In this document: positions 25,091 to 36,060 of the stretch, in pieces
How positions within the stretch are numbered: the first letter of the stretch is position 1
Layout: each line of letters opens with the position of its first letter
Assembly: GCA_013265495.1 (NCBI GenBank)
Contig: MU057719.1
Location: 312,001 to 376,000 of the forward strand
DNA length: 64,000 nt
Direction of reading: 5' to 3'
From: Vicugna vicugna
Lineage: Eukaryota
The notes under the pieces: generated by a model
What the model was told of the DNA's origin: nothing
The model's database searches: none
What the model saw: the letters and a program-made list of their open reading frames with translations, nothing else
Position numbers and translations under genes: made by a program

Positions 25091-27914
25091 CTCTCCGGGG
25101 CTCTCGGGAAGGACCACGCGGTCCTGCCAAGGGGAGGGGCAGGAGCAGGACCCAGCCGACGTCCTCATGTGGAATCTTCGCATCGACAGGAAAAAGCTCT
25201 GCCGCCCCCACCCCCCACGGAGCCCACTCTCCCACCCGGCTGGCTCCTGACCGGGCTGGGGAGAGCAGTCCTCTCTCCCCCTCTCCAGCCTCCACCACTT
25301 CAGATTCAAGGCAAGGCAAGAACCCATGTCTCTGCTTGTCTCCAAAGCACAGTTTCTCGCACACGACGTGAACTAACACCAGGATTCATCACTCCTCCCT
25401 TAACCGTCCATCAGCTCATTGAAGACCTTACCAAGCGACGGTGCCAAGAAAGTCAAAGAAGGGCCAGGACGGTAAACACGACAAACCCAGGCATCTTGTG
25501 ATGCTTTCACAGGCGTGAAAGCTGCGTCCTAGAGAAGACCGGAGCGGCGAGCCCCTTATGCTCAGAGGCGGCAGTGTGTCCTGGGAAGCGGGGCAGCCTC
25601 GGGGGGCCACTCTAGGGGGCGAGGCCCCTCACCTGACTCCCAGGGGCTGCGGGCTCCCAGTCCACCCCAACCCAGCCCCCTGCACTAGGGGCGCCCTCGT
25701 TTCTTTGACGGGGTGGAGGGCTCTTTGGGAACCTGGTGGAGCCCATGAGTCCTCCCCAGCAGTGCGGGTGGGGTCAGAGGACATGCACCCTGAAGCACCC
25801 AGACACCGTCCAGGCTTCCCGGAAGCAGGTGGAGCCCTGCTTGCACCGCCCAGGCACCGTGCACAAGGGTCTCCTGAGATTCCCAAAGTCACGGTGGTGA
25901 GAGGCAAAGCTGAAATCCAGTCTGAGGTCTGCTTGATCCCAAAGCCCAGGTCTTTTCCTTCGGAAGCTGCCTGTGCCCCCTTCTCCAGGTCCCCAAAGAT
26001 GGCCCCGAGCTGGGGGTCTGGACATTCAAGGGGGTCCCTAGGATGCAACGCAGGAGTTTGCCGGATGCTAAGAAAGCAGCTCCCCTCTGACCCAGCAATG
26101 TCCCCATGTCACCCCCATCAGAGCCACCCCCCTCCGCCCCTGCCCCTCCGTCCTGGTTTCCAAGCCGACTCCCTGAGCCATCTCTGCGCTACAGAATCAT
26201 ACCCCAGGTGCCAGCCTGCCCGCGGAGAGATGGTTTTATGCAATTGTGTGAGGATTTCCCAAGAAGGTGACCATTCTCTTCCTTCCGTGGCTGAGTCATA
26301 AAAATAGAGTGGCCTCCGCGGCAGTGGGCTCGTCCCCCGCCCAGCCCTCCGCATTCTGGCTAATGTGCCGTCCTCCCCCAGGCTTCGGCAGGCAGCAAAA
26401 TATCTTCTCCTGCGACCCGGGCCGCAGAGTCCTTGCCTCCTGAGTGGCCAGTAAACTCTGCCCCAATTTAGCTAACGAGGAACCAGTGGGGCCGGACTTC
26501 CATCTCCGCAGGCGCCCCACTGCCAGCCGGGACCCGTGAGTCGCCTGGCATCATCACTGCCAAATGAAGGCGGCCGGGAGCCCCACGCACCTGCTCAGGA
26601 CCAGGCGGGCCCAGGGGGTGGGAGTGAGAAAATGGGTCTTTAAATAATTATCATCTCAATCCCTCCCTAAAAGCTACATCGGGCAAAAGGCTTTGAATAT
26701 TGTTTGAGCCCATTACCAGCCTATAAAGTAATCGCTCACGGCACACTGAGGCGGCGTAAGGGGGACTGGGAGGGGGTGAAGCGGTTACGCACAAGGCCCG
26801 AAACGCCCGCAGAAGAGGCGTATTTCGCACTCAATTACAATTAAATTTGGAGACATCTCCTCCAGCCGGTGAGCAAACAGAATCTGTGTCAGCCTCCCCA
26901 AGGGCTGCGGCCCGATCGGTTTATCTACTTGCTGTTGGAAGATCCCGAGCAGGTGGCCCCCTGGGGTCTGGGCTTCAAATGTGGACGCAGAAAAGAGCCA
27001 GGACATGGCCTTCAAGGCAACCCCCTCTTGCCCACATTTGCGAGTATCAAACCTAAAAATCCAGAGCCTGCCCAGCAACCTGCAGGGAAGAGACGCGTGA
27101 TGAGCTCTCACGGGCCCAGGGCTCCGCGACGAGGAGCGGGGGGCGGGGGAGGGCCCTCCAGGGTCAGGGCCAGCCGGGGGCCTGCGAGCAGGGGAGGCGG
27201 GAAGCCCCGGAGGGCCTTCAGACGCCGCCCAGCGACGGGCGCCGGGGTCCTGCCAGTGGGAGGGCCCCGCGCCAGCCCCGGGTGATGGCGTCTTTGTGCT
27301 CCACCTGCTCGGCCAAGCTAAAAAGCAGCAAGGCCACAAGCGCCCTCTTCCAGAACCGTGGGGAGACGGGGTGGGTCTGCCCCGCACCTCGGGCCCCTCC
27401 TTGGGACAATTTCTGCTCTCTCCTCCCAAACAGGCAAGTTCCATGACTGCCTTTCCCCACCCAGTGCAGAAGGTGATGAGCCTAGAGCTGCTGAGAAGGG
27501 TGAACTCCCAGACCAGCGCCGGCCCCTCCTGTCGGCCCCTCGGGAGGGCTCGGACGGGGTCATTGACGGGTGCGGACGGCCCCCTGCCCTCCCCGAGGGC
27601 TCCCCACATGCCCCGCGCTCGCATCTGACCCCTCGGCAGAAGGCGCTGTGGGTGTCACCAACCCGTTTGGCCACAGGGAAGACTGAGGCTCCAGGAGGCA
27701 AAGCCGGCAAGCGGAGGAGCCGGATGCGAACCCAGCACCCTTGGCCTCAGAGGCCCGTCCAGTACCTGCTGCCCTCTGCCCTCGCGGAGGTGGGCGGGAG
27801 GGAGCCCACACCCGCGCCAGGTGGGAGCGGAGGGAGGCGACCTGGCCCCCGGGGCAGGGAATCGCACCCCCCCCACACGGCGCGGGGGCGTGGGGGCGGC
27901 GTCCCAGTCTGCCC

Positions 27915-28267
27915 AGCGCGGGCTTGGCGCTTATAGGACAGAAGGGTGTTCTCTCGGTTTTGGGGGCTAGAGGTCCAAGATCAGGGTGCCGTCGGGCTGG
28001 GTGCTGGTCCGAGCTGGCTTCCTGGCTCACAGGTGGCCGCCCTCTGCCCGCGGCCTCACGTGGCCTCTTCCCTGTGGGGGCCGAGAGAGCTCGGTGCTCT
28101 CTTCCTCTGCTTACAGGGACACCAGTCCCACCGGATCAGGTCCCACCCTTACAACCTCATTTAACCTTAAGTTCCTCCCTAACGGCCGTGTCCCCAAGTG
28201 CGGTCACGCTGGGTGTTACTCAGGGCTTCAGCACAGGGATCTGGGGGACACAGTTGGGTGCGTAACA
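27915..28267 (-). mobile_element. MaLR LTR (MLT1A-like)
   Basis: ggctagaggtccaagatcagggtgcc...cctcacgtggcctcttccctgtg...tcttcctctgcttacagggacaccagtccc...acctcatttaaccttaa...gggacacagttgggtgcgtaaca. Confidence 0.85.
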
Positions 28268-28589
28268 GTGGGGAGGTCCTCTCACCCCGAACGGGGAGTG
28301 AGGAGCCGAGATCACCAGGTCATGCATTCATCATGAGACTTGGAGGCCAGGAAACCCCTGACCAGCAGCCAGAGAACACACCTCAGGTCTAGCCAGACCG
28401 ACCAGGTCCAGGGCCACGTGGACAAGAAAGAGGGGACAGATTACAGACCGGCGGGCGACCCAGCAGCCCGAGAGAGCCGAGTGGCAGAGTTCACGAGCCT
28501 GTAGACCACCGACCACTAACCAACCACCCCGACCACCCCGACCACGCAGGGCAGTGCGTCCCCCGAAGCGCGCACTGTGGTGGGCTCTC

Positions 28590-29208
28590 AGAAAACCCAG
28601 ACCAGGGCCACCCAAGCACCACCCCCTGCGGTCACTAACGGCCCCGTAACCACTGCCCTGACTCCTGAAGCCACAGGGTAGGTTTGCCTGCTTTGGAACC
28701 CACCTAAACGGAACCAGACAGAGCGAGCAATTCCTCTTCCCCGGCTCCTCGCGCTCAGCACGCTGCCTGGGAGGCGCCAGCATCGCCGCTCGCGCGCGGC
28801 CCACGGTTCATTACTGTCGGGCCGCAGCTGTGGCGGGAACCCACGCGGCTAGTCCACCCCCGACTGATGATGGACGTCGGAGCAGGTGCAGCTTCTCGGC
28901 TCGTTCAAACCGTGGCGGTAGGATAGCTCCCGTGTGCCCCTGTGGGAGGGCCCAGTTGCTGGGCTCCGGCTTCGCGGGCCACACCGGAGCGCTTCCCAAG
29001 ATGGCGGAGCCGCCCCGCACGCCCACCAGCGGCGGGAGTCCCGGCTCCGGCACAGCCCCGCCGGCACAGGGTATGCTGCCGGTGTCTTAAGTTGTAGCCG
29101 TTCTGGTGGGTAGGTCTGCTGGTGCCCCCTGGAGTTTCACTGGCATTTCCCACATGAATGATGAGGTTGGCCAGCTTTTCGTAGGCTGAGTGGCTACCTG
29201 GAAATCCT
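28590..29208 (-). mobile_element. Ancient L1 (L1M/L1ME-like) 3' UTR, heavily GC-substituted and CpG-rich
   Basis: Collinear landmarks of the antisense L1M 3' UTR: gtaaccactgccctgactcct, ttgcctgctttggaac, ctcagcac, tgatggacgt, ttgctgggc, cccaccagc, tagccgttctggtggg, gcatttccc, tgatgaggttg. Confidence 0.75.
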
Positions 29209-29209
29209 A

Positions 29210-29512
29210 TGTTTTTTAAATTGCAGTACAGTCGGTTACAACGTGACAATTTCTGGTGCACAGCATATGTCCCAGTTGTGCATGTCCATATACATGCATG
29301 CATTTGCTTTCACGTTCTTTTTCATCAAAGATTATTACAAGATATTGGATATAGTTCCCTGTGCTCTACAGAACAAATCTGGTTTTTATCTGTTTTTATA
29401 TATAATGGTTAACATTTTAAAATCTCAAACGCCCAGATATACCGCATCCCACACCCTTTCCCTGGTAACCACAAGATTGTCCACTACGTCTGCAGGTCTG
29501 TTTCTTCTGTTC
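29210..29512 (-). mobile_element. 5'-truncated camelid-type L1 3' end inserted in the older L1
   Basis: Poly-T start, then cagtcggttacaacgtgacaatttctggtgcacagc...gatatagttccctgtgctctacag...ctggtaaccacaag...gtctgtttct. Confidence 0.85.
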
Positions 29513-29519
29513 ATCAGTG

Positions 29520-29750
29520 TCCTCCTCCTCCGCCTCCTCCGCCTCTTTCTTCTCCTTCTTCCTCTCCCTCTTCCTCTCCTTCCTCTCCCTCTCCCTCCCC
29601 TTCTCCTTCCCCTTCTCCTTCCTCTTCCTCTCCTTCTTCCTCTTTCTTTCTCATTCCCCTTCTCTTTCTCCTTCCTCTTCCTCTCCTTCTTCCTCTTTCT
29701 TTCTCCTTCCCCTTCTCTTTCTCCTTCCTCTTCCTCTTCCTCTTCCCTTC
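29520..29750. repeat. CT-rich polypyrimidine low-complexity tract
   Basis: About 230 bp of nearly pure C/T (tctcct/tcttcc units). Confidence 0.95.
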
Positions 29751-29980
29751 TGTTTGAAGCAGAGCTTGTTCAAGAGTCCTGCCCCCTTCTCTACTGGTCA
29801 TCTTTTCCTTGTTGATTTGTAGGCGTTCTTCCTGCCCCCCAGGTGTGAGGTTTCTGTCAGGTGACTGTATGGCAAACATATTCTCCAAGTCTGTGACTTG
29901 CCTTTTCGGCTCTCAGTTGTGTCTTTTGATGAACAGAATTCTTAGTTTTAAAGGAGAATAGTTCATAATTCTTTCCTCTG
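29751..29980 (-). mobile_element. Continuation of the ancient L1M
   Basis: ttgttcaag..ttgttgatttgtagg..gcaaacatattctccaagtctgtgacttgccttttc..gtgtcttttgatgaacagaa continues the L1M consensus after the insertion. Confidence 0.8.
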
Positions 29981-30489
29981 GGGCCCCCGTCACTGTGGCT
30001 GGTCTTACGGCCAGACGGTCAGGCTCGCTGCCTCCTGACTGGCTCCAGGCCACTTGCCCCTTCCAGGATGGCCTCTTGGCAAAAAGGAGCCTGGAATGAC
30101 TGGGTGGCAGGTATGACTTCATGTTTAATGGCATTCTTATGGTGTCCCTGGTGCAAGTGTCCCCTTCTGGGAAGCAGGACTTGTAGACCGCAGAGCTGGA
30201 GTCGTGGGGATGGAAAATAAAAATTTCCAAAATAGGTCACTGGGAGCGACAGTGAGTAGGGCCCCTCCTACCGAAACCCTTGGCTCCCAGCCCCCAGACT
30301 CTGCCTGTGGGGGCGCAGCATCACGCGTCCCGGAGGATGCGCGCCATCTTCACAGGGGGCGTCTACAAGCCAGAGGCAGCGGTGCCTTCGCAAGGCTGCT
30401 CCGTCTGTCCCCGGGCCGGCAGCTGCCGGATGCAGTAGCCAGCACAGCCACGGCCGGATGCCCGCAGCCCAACCCCCTCTGTTGTAAAG

Positions 30490-33450
30490 CTTCTCCTTCC
30501 TTTTCTAGTTTCTTAGGACGGAAGGTGAGGTTATTGATTTGAGATCTTTTTCACACTAGACGTTTACCCATGCAGTTCCCTCTGAGCGCTGCTTTAACCG
30601 TATCCCTTGTGGTTTGGGTACGTTCTGTTTTTGTTTGCATTCTTTTTGAAGTATTTTTTCTAGTTTCCCGTCTTCCTCTTCCACCCATTTGTTATTTAGG
30701 AATGTGTTGTTTAATGCCCACATATCTGTGAATTCCCCAAATTTCCTTCTGGTTTTAATTTCTAATTTCTTTCCGTTGCAGTCAGAGCACATTTTTTGGT
30801 ATGATTTCAATCCCTTAAAATGCACTGAGACTTGTTTCATGCTGTAATACGCGGTCTGTCCCAGAGAGCGTTCCACGCGCACTTGAGAAGAACACGCATT
30901 CTGCTGCTGATGGCTGGAGTGTTCCACAGGCACCTGTTAAGCTCCCTGGTGGATGGTTCTGTTGAAGTTTTTATTTCCTTGTTGCTTTTCCATTTGTTAT
31001 ATCTATTTTTGCAAGTGGAGTATTGAGGTTTCCAGCTATTGTAGTTGAACTGTCCGCTTTTCCCAGTTCTGTCACTTTTTGCTGCGTGAATTCTGTTGTC
31101 AGGTACGTATACGTTTATAATCATTGAGTCTTCTTCGTGGATTGACCCTGTTACCACTACACCCCCCTTCTCTGTCTCGATAACAACTTCTGTGCCGACG
31201 TCAATTTTGTCCAGTATTAGTATGGCCACTCCAGCCCTCTTTTGAACAGTTTACATGGAATAGCTTCCTCCATTCTTTTACTTTCAACCCGTTCGTGTCC
31301 TTGGCTCTGAAGTGAGTCTGTCTGTTGTAGATAGACATCATTGGATCCTGTCATTTTATCTGGTTTGCTAATCTCTGCCTTTTAATTGCAGAGTTTTAAC
31401 CTATTTACATTTAATATAATTACTTTTAAGAACGAACTCACTTCCGTTTTGCTATTTGTTTTCTGTATGTCTTCTTTGTTTCTCAGTTCCTCCATCACTG
31501 CCCACACTTGTGATAAATAGATATTTTCTGCTGTACCATTTTAATTTCACGTAACTTCTTTTACTGTACATTTTGAGTTACTTTCCCATGGTTGCCCCAG
31601 AGATTACAATTAACATCTTAATTTGTAACAAGCTAGTTTAGATTAATATCATTGATTTTCAATAGTACATAAAAATGTTGCTCCTGTGTATCTCCACCCC
31701 CTACTTTTATGCCATCACTGTCATCCAAACTGTGTCTTCATACACTGTGTGCCCATCAGCCTGGATTTATAATTATTATTTCATGCAATTATCTTTTAAA
31801 TCAGATATTTTAGGAATAAGGTGCAAACTGAATACACGTCCTCGGCTGTCTTACTCAGGATTGTTTGTGCATGGTGCTTCATTTCTGCTGCTCTCAAGAG
31901 TCTCACTTTGTCTTCAGCTTTTGAAGGTTGGGTTACGATGGGTGAATCTCTGAGTTCTTTGAGCTTCCTAGATATGAAAAAAAATATTTCCTGTCAAATT
32001 TGGGAAGGTTTTAGCCACTGTTCTTCAAATATCCTTTCTTCCTCTCTCTTTCTCTTCTCTCCTTCTGGAACTCCCATTATGCGTATTTTGGTTTACTTCG
32101 TGATGTCCCACAGGGATCTGAGGGTCCGTTCATTTTTCTTCATTCCTTTTTCTCTCTGTTTCTCAGAACGGATCATCTCAAGTGACCTACCTTCAAATTT
32201 GCTGACTCTTTCTGTTCCTCACTCTGTGGCTGAGCTACTTTAGTGGCTTTTTCACTTCAGTTATTGTGCTTTTCAACTCCAAACCTTCCGTTTGTTTCTT
32301 TCTTATATTTTCTATCTCTCTGTCAATTTTCTCAGTCTGGTGAGACATTGTCCTTTAGTCCTTTAGACGTAGTTTCCTTTAGCTCATTGGACACATTTTA
32401 AATTGCTCACACAGAGTCTGTCTAAAAAGTCCCAAGTCTGGACTTCCTGCGGGATGGTTTCTACTGATTTCTTTCTCCCCGTGTATGAACCATACTTTCT
32501 TGTTTCTTTGCATACCTTATAATTTCTAGTTGAAAACTGGACATTTTGAATACTATAATGTGGCAATTCTGGACACCAGATTTTGTCCTCTCCCCAAGGT
32601 TTGTTTTTGCTGCTACTGATTGCAGTTGTTGGAATTTTTTTAAGTGACTTTTTGGAACTAATTCTGTAACATCTGTATGATTGTCATATGTGAACCTGAA
32701 ATCTCTGTTTTGTTAGCATATGGTCAGCTACTGATGGACAAAGATTTCCTTAAGGGCCTGGGGGGGGGGGAACTTTCCAGTCTTTGCCAAAGGGCTCTGG
32801 GGCCAAGCCATCAACACTGAGCCAGGCAGCTTCCAACTCTGCCTTAGCCTTCACTTCCTGCCTCTGCAGAGAGTGCCAGCAGGAGGCAAGAGCTCGGGGC
32901 CTGCTCGGCCTCTCCTGAGGAAGCGTGCTTTGCCTCTTAGATCCCTAGGAGCGAGTCCAAGCTCTCCAAACCCCTTGGGGGCATCTCGTTCCCAGCCTTT
33001 CCTCCCAGACTTTGTGATTAGTCTGTTGTTTGCCCAGCTGTTCTCTGTCACCTCAAGCAGAGCTCAGAAACTGTGCTCAGTAACTGCCCCAGCATACACC
33101 TCGAGCCCTAGGCCAATTCTGAGGGAGGCGAAATGCAGACAAGCTTTGGAGCTGGCCTTCCAGAGAGCACAAGACGAGTCAGAACACATAATTAGTCAGG
33201 ACTCTGTGCATGAGGCCTGTTCTGCTTTCTCCAGTATTGGGAACGTGGGCTGTTATTCTCACAGCCACTGCCGAGCTGAAGAGCAGTGGGGGGACTGGGT
33301 TAACAGGCCATCGGATGAACTGCACTCACTGAGAATCAGCTGTTTCCCTCAAGTAAGCATTCCCCGGGCTGCTGCAAGCCTTTGGGTGACTCCTAGTGTT
33401 CTGGGGGAGAAAAAGTGGTTGCTTACAATGTTTGTCCCTTTTAAAGCTGC
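30490..33450 (-). mobile_element. Degenerate L1M fragment: ORF2 endonuclease region, inter-ORF, ORF1 and 5' region
   Basis: Minus-strand peptides AILILDKID..GSIHEEDSMIINVYVP (30837-31229) and SDCNGKKLEIKTRRKFGEFTDMWALNNTFLNNKWV (30556-30933) match the L1 ORF2 APE endonuclease, with frameshifts. AT-rich block. Confidence 0.9.
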
Positions 33451-33469
33451 TTTATAAGAGGGCAGAGTT

Positions 33470-33755
33470 AGAATTCCTTCTCCACCATTTTTGCTGGCAG
33501 CACCCCACACTTCATCCCAGGCCCTCACCATGCTTCTCCCGTCCACTGACAGTAGCCAGTAATCGCATCCAGACCCATAGTCCTTATAATCACCACTTCT
33601 CCCCCCAGATCTCAAACACTTGAAGCGTTGCACCCACCAGCGCAGTGCTCCACCCCACCTCCCCACCAGGTAAAGTCTCAATGGCTGCACCACCATCACA
33701 TGCCAGGATCTGTCCCTACTTCACCTGCGCCGCTGCCCGGTTCCAAAATCCATTT
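33470..33755 (-). mobile_element. ERVL internal 5' (gag-proximal) remnant
   Basis: agtccttataatcacc..ttctcccccagatctc..catgccagg..cacct..ttccaaaatccc resembles the antisense start of ERVL-E-int. Confidence 0.55.
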
Positions 33756-33839
33756 TAAAATGTGCTCTGTGGTGTCACTTCCAGTTTCCAGGGCACTGGG
33801 ACTTCACGCTGCCTTGCCCACCAGGCTTAAACTTGGGCG

Positions 33840-33975
33840 GGTCAGCCCTTTTCAGATGAGGCAATTCTGGAGAAGTGCTCAGCTCCAGGACATCGGCAGG
33901 CACCAATCCCAGCAGCTTGGAAAATGGGCACCTCCACCCTGCCATGGGGATTTGGGCAGTGCATCACAGCCAGGT
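33840..33975 (-). mobile_element. ERVL LTR remnant (LTR33-like)
   Basis: ggcaattctggagaagtgctcagct..cccagcagcttggaaaatgggcacctc..gggatttgggcagtgcatcacagc. Confidence 0.55.
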
Positions 33976-35524
33976 GGCCCCGTCTTCCATGGGAGACCAT
34001 GGGGGACCCCAGGAACACCTTGGCCCCTGCAGACCTCCTCTCCCTCCTGCCTGGCCTTTCTGCCCTTCCAGCACCTTTGGGACTGGTTCCCTACACTCAG
34101 TTCTCTCTGTGAGCCACCTGCCGTGAGCTCTGGTGTCCTGCCTGGCCCCTGGTGGCTGACAACTGGATAACAGCTCAGAACCCTCAACCTGCCATTCTCA
34201 CCTGGGGTCGCCCAGCAAGCTTACGGCCAGGCAGAGAGTAGCACCCAGGCCTCCCGCCCCCCAGCCTGGATGCTCTCTCGCCTTGTCCTGGCTTCCTCGA
34301 CCCGTAAGTGGGGTCACTAATACTGTCCTTTGTGGGCCACTGGGATATCCAGTGGCCTGGAGACACGAACGCTGGAAGCACTCGGGATGGTTAAGAGCAG
34401 CGTGCAGGAGGGGAGCTGACGCCTGCGGGCGGCACTCTTTATCCCTCTGGGATGGGTGTGTGGGACTCACAGCCCTGCCTGCCCCATGCTCCAGAGAGCC
34501 GGCTCGGGCAGCAAGCCCAGAGGGACAGAGATGCTCTTGTTGAGTTTCAAGCTTGCCCCTAAGAACAGGAATTCCAGGGGGTGGATTTCTGAAACCCTCT
34601 TGCAGGGAGGGGATGGAAAGAGGGCCTTTTCCCTCCCCACTGCCTCGGGCTGACTCAAACATCCTTCCCCCAGTGGAACGACTGTTTCCGATGATAAAGG
34701 AAATACATGCGCACTGTAAAAACAACAATAAAGAAGTCTGAGCAAGTCCCAGTGTGTGAATTACAGCGTGTCGCTGCCCCACCAGCCCCACGCCCCGGAG
34801 AGGATGCAGTTAACACACGGGCACGTGGCCACTGGGTGTTTTCACTGCGTCTGGGAAGATGCTGTTTCTGCCCAAGAGGGGCAGGGAGAACTGGCTGAGA
34901 GCCTGGGCTTCTGAGTTGGAGCGACCTGGCTGGGACTCCCAGTCCTGCCACCACTGCCACAGCTTCGTACACCTGAAAGGTGGGGACAGTCACACTGGCC
35001 TCACTAGGACGTGAAAATTCAATCTGAGGACACGGGTAAAATGCTAAGCAGAGAGCTGGGTCCTTACCAAGGTCTCCCCCGAGATTCTGATTCCAGTCCG
35101 TCTGTGTCCAAAACCCTCCCTCCCGAGCCTCGCCCTCCCCTGCCGCCGAGCCCAGCCAGCACGAACACAGAGGAAGGGGCGGGATGGGGCAGGGCTGACC
35201 CCCATGGGGGCTGCCCGCCCTTCTGCCCACCTGGAAGGGCCGGGACAGGGGAGGGGGGCCCAGCTGATCACAATGCCCCAACACCCCGTCCGGGGCTGCT
35301 CACCAAACGCGGCTCGGAGGACCGGCTGTCAGCGTGTTGGTGGGGCTTCCATGTGCGGAAGGCATTCAACAGACAAACAAGGGCAGGAATCGGGGTCAGG
35401 CAAAGGGGCACGGCCTTCCCCGCAGAATCCCTCGGCGACGTGAGCTGTGTTGGGACAGGGCTGCAGGGCCTTGCCCCCGCCAGGCGCCACCCCCTGACAT
35501 GTTCTGGGCTCTGGAACCTCCTTT

Positions 35525-36060
35525 TTGTTGGTAAACCTTATTTTTATAGACTCGTTGAAGATCTGCAGCAAACCTGAGGCGGCTGCCCAGAGAACCCCCA
35601 CCTCCCGGCACCTAGCTCCCCCGATCGCTGGCACCCGGCGTCCGCGTGGGGCGTCGGTTACGATGGGTCAGCCAACGGCGACACACTTGCTCAGTGTCCC
35701 CTAACGTCCTTCTCTGTCCCAGGGCCCCAGGGCCCGCGTGGCGTTCGGGCGTCGCGTCTCCTCGGGCCCCTCCGAGCTGGGCTGGTTTCTCAGACTTTCC
35801 TCACTCTGGCCAGCCGAGCAGCTTTGAGGAGGGCTGGCCGGGTTTCTGCAGATGTTCCTTAAAGGGGGCGGACGATGGGCTTGGGGAGGAGGACCCCGGA
35901 GGTGAGGCGGGGTGCGTGCTGTCCAGGGGGCTCGTCACTGCCGAACCCCGCCTCGGTCCCAGCGGAGGTCCTCTCTTCCGTGCTGCGCTCTGTGGCCCCC
36001 TGGGCCCCCCTTCTGGCGCCGCCCGTACGGAGCCTGCACTTGGGCGATGCTGATCCAAGT
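35525..36060 (-). mobile_element. Ancient L1MC-like 3' end, heavily GC-substituted and CpG-rich
   Basis: Landmarks: cagagaaccccc, ctaacgtccttctctgtcccaggg, gtctcctcggg, gtttctcagactttcct, tttgaggagggctggccggg, ggggaggaggaccccggaggtgag. Confidence 0.75.

Noticed and set aside
29243..29888. Leu/Phe/Ser-rich and Glu/Gly/Arg-rich ORFs resembling membrane or acidic proteins
   Set aside because: They are translations of the CT low-complexity tract and L1 sequence.
30556..31229. Endonuclease-like ORFs
   Set aside because: Frameshifted, decayed L1 ORF2; not a functional or domesticated gene on this evidence.
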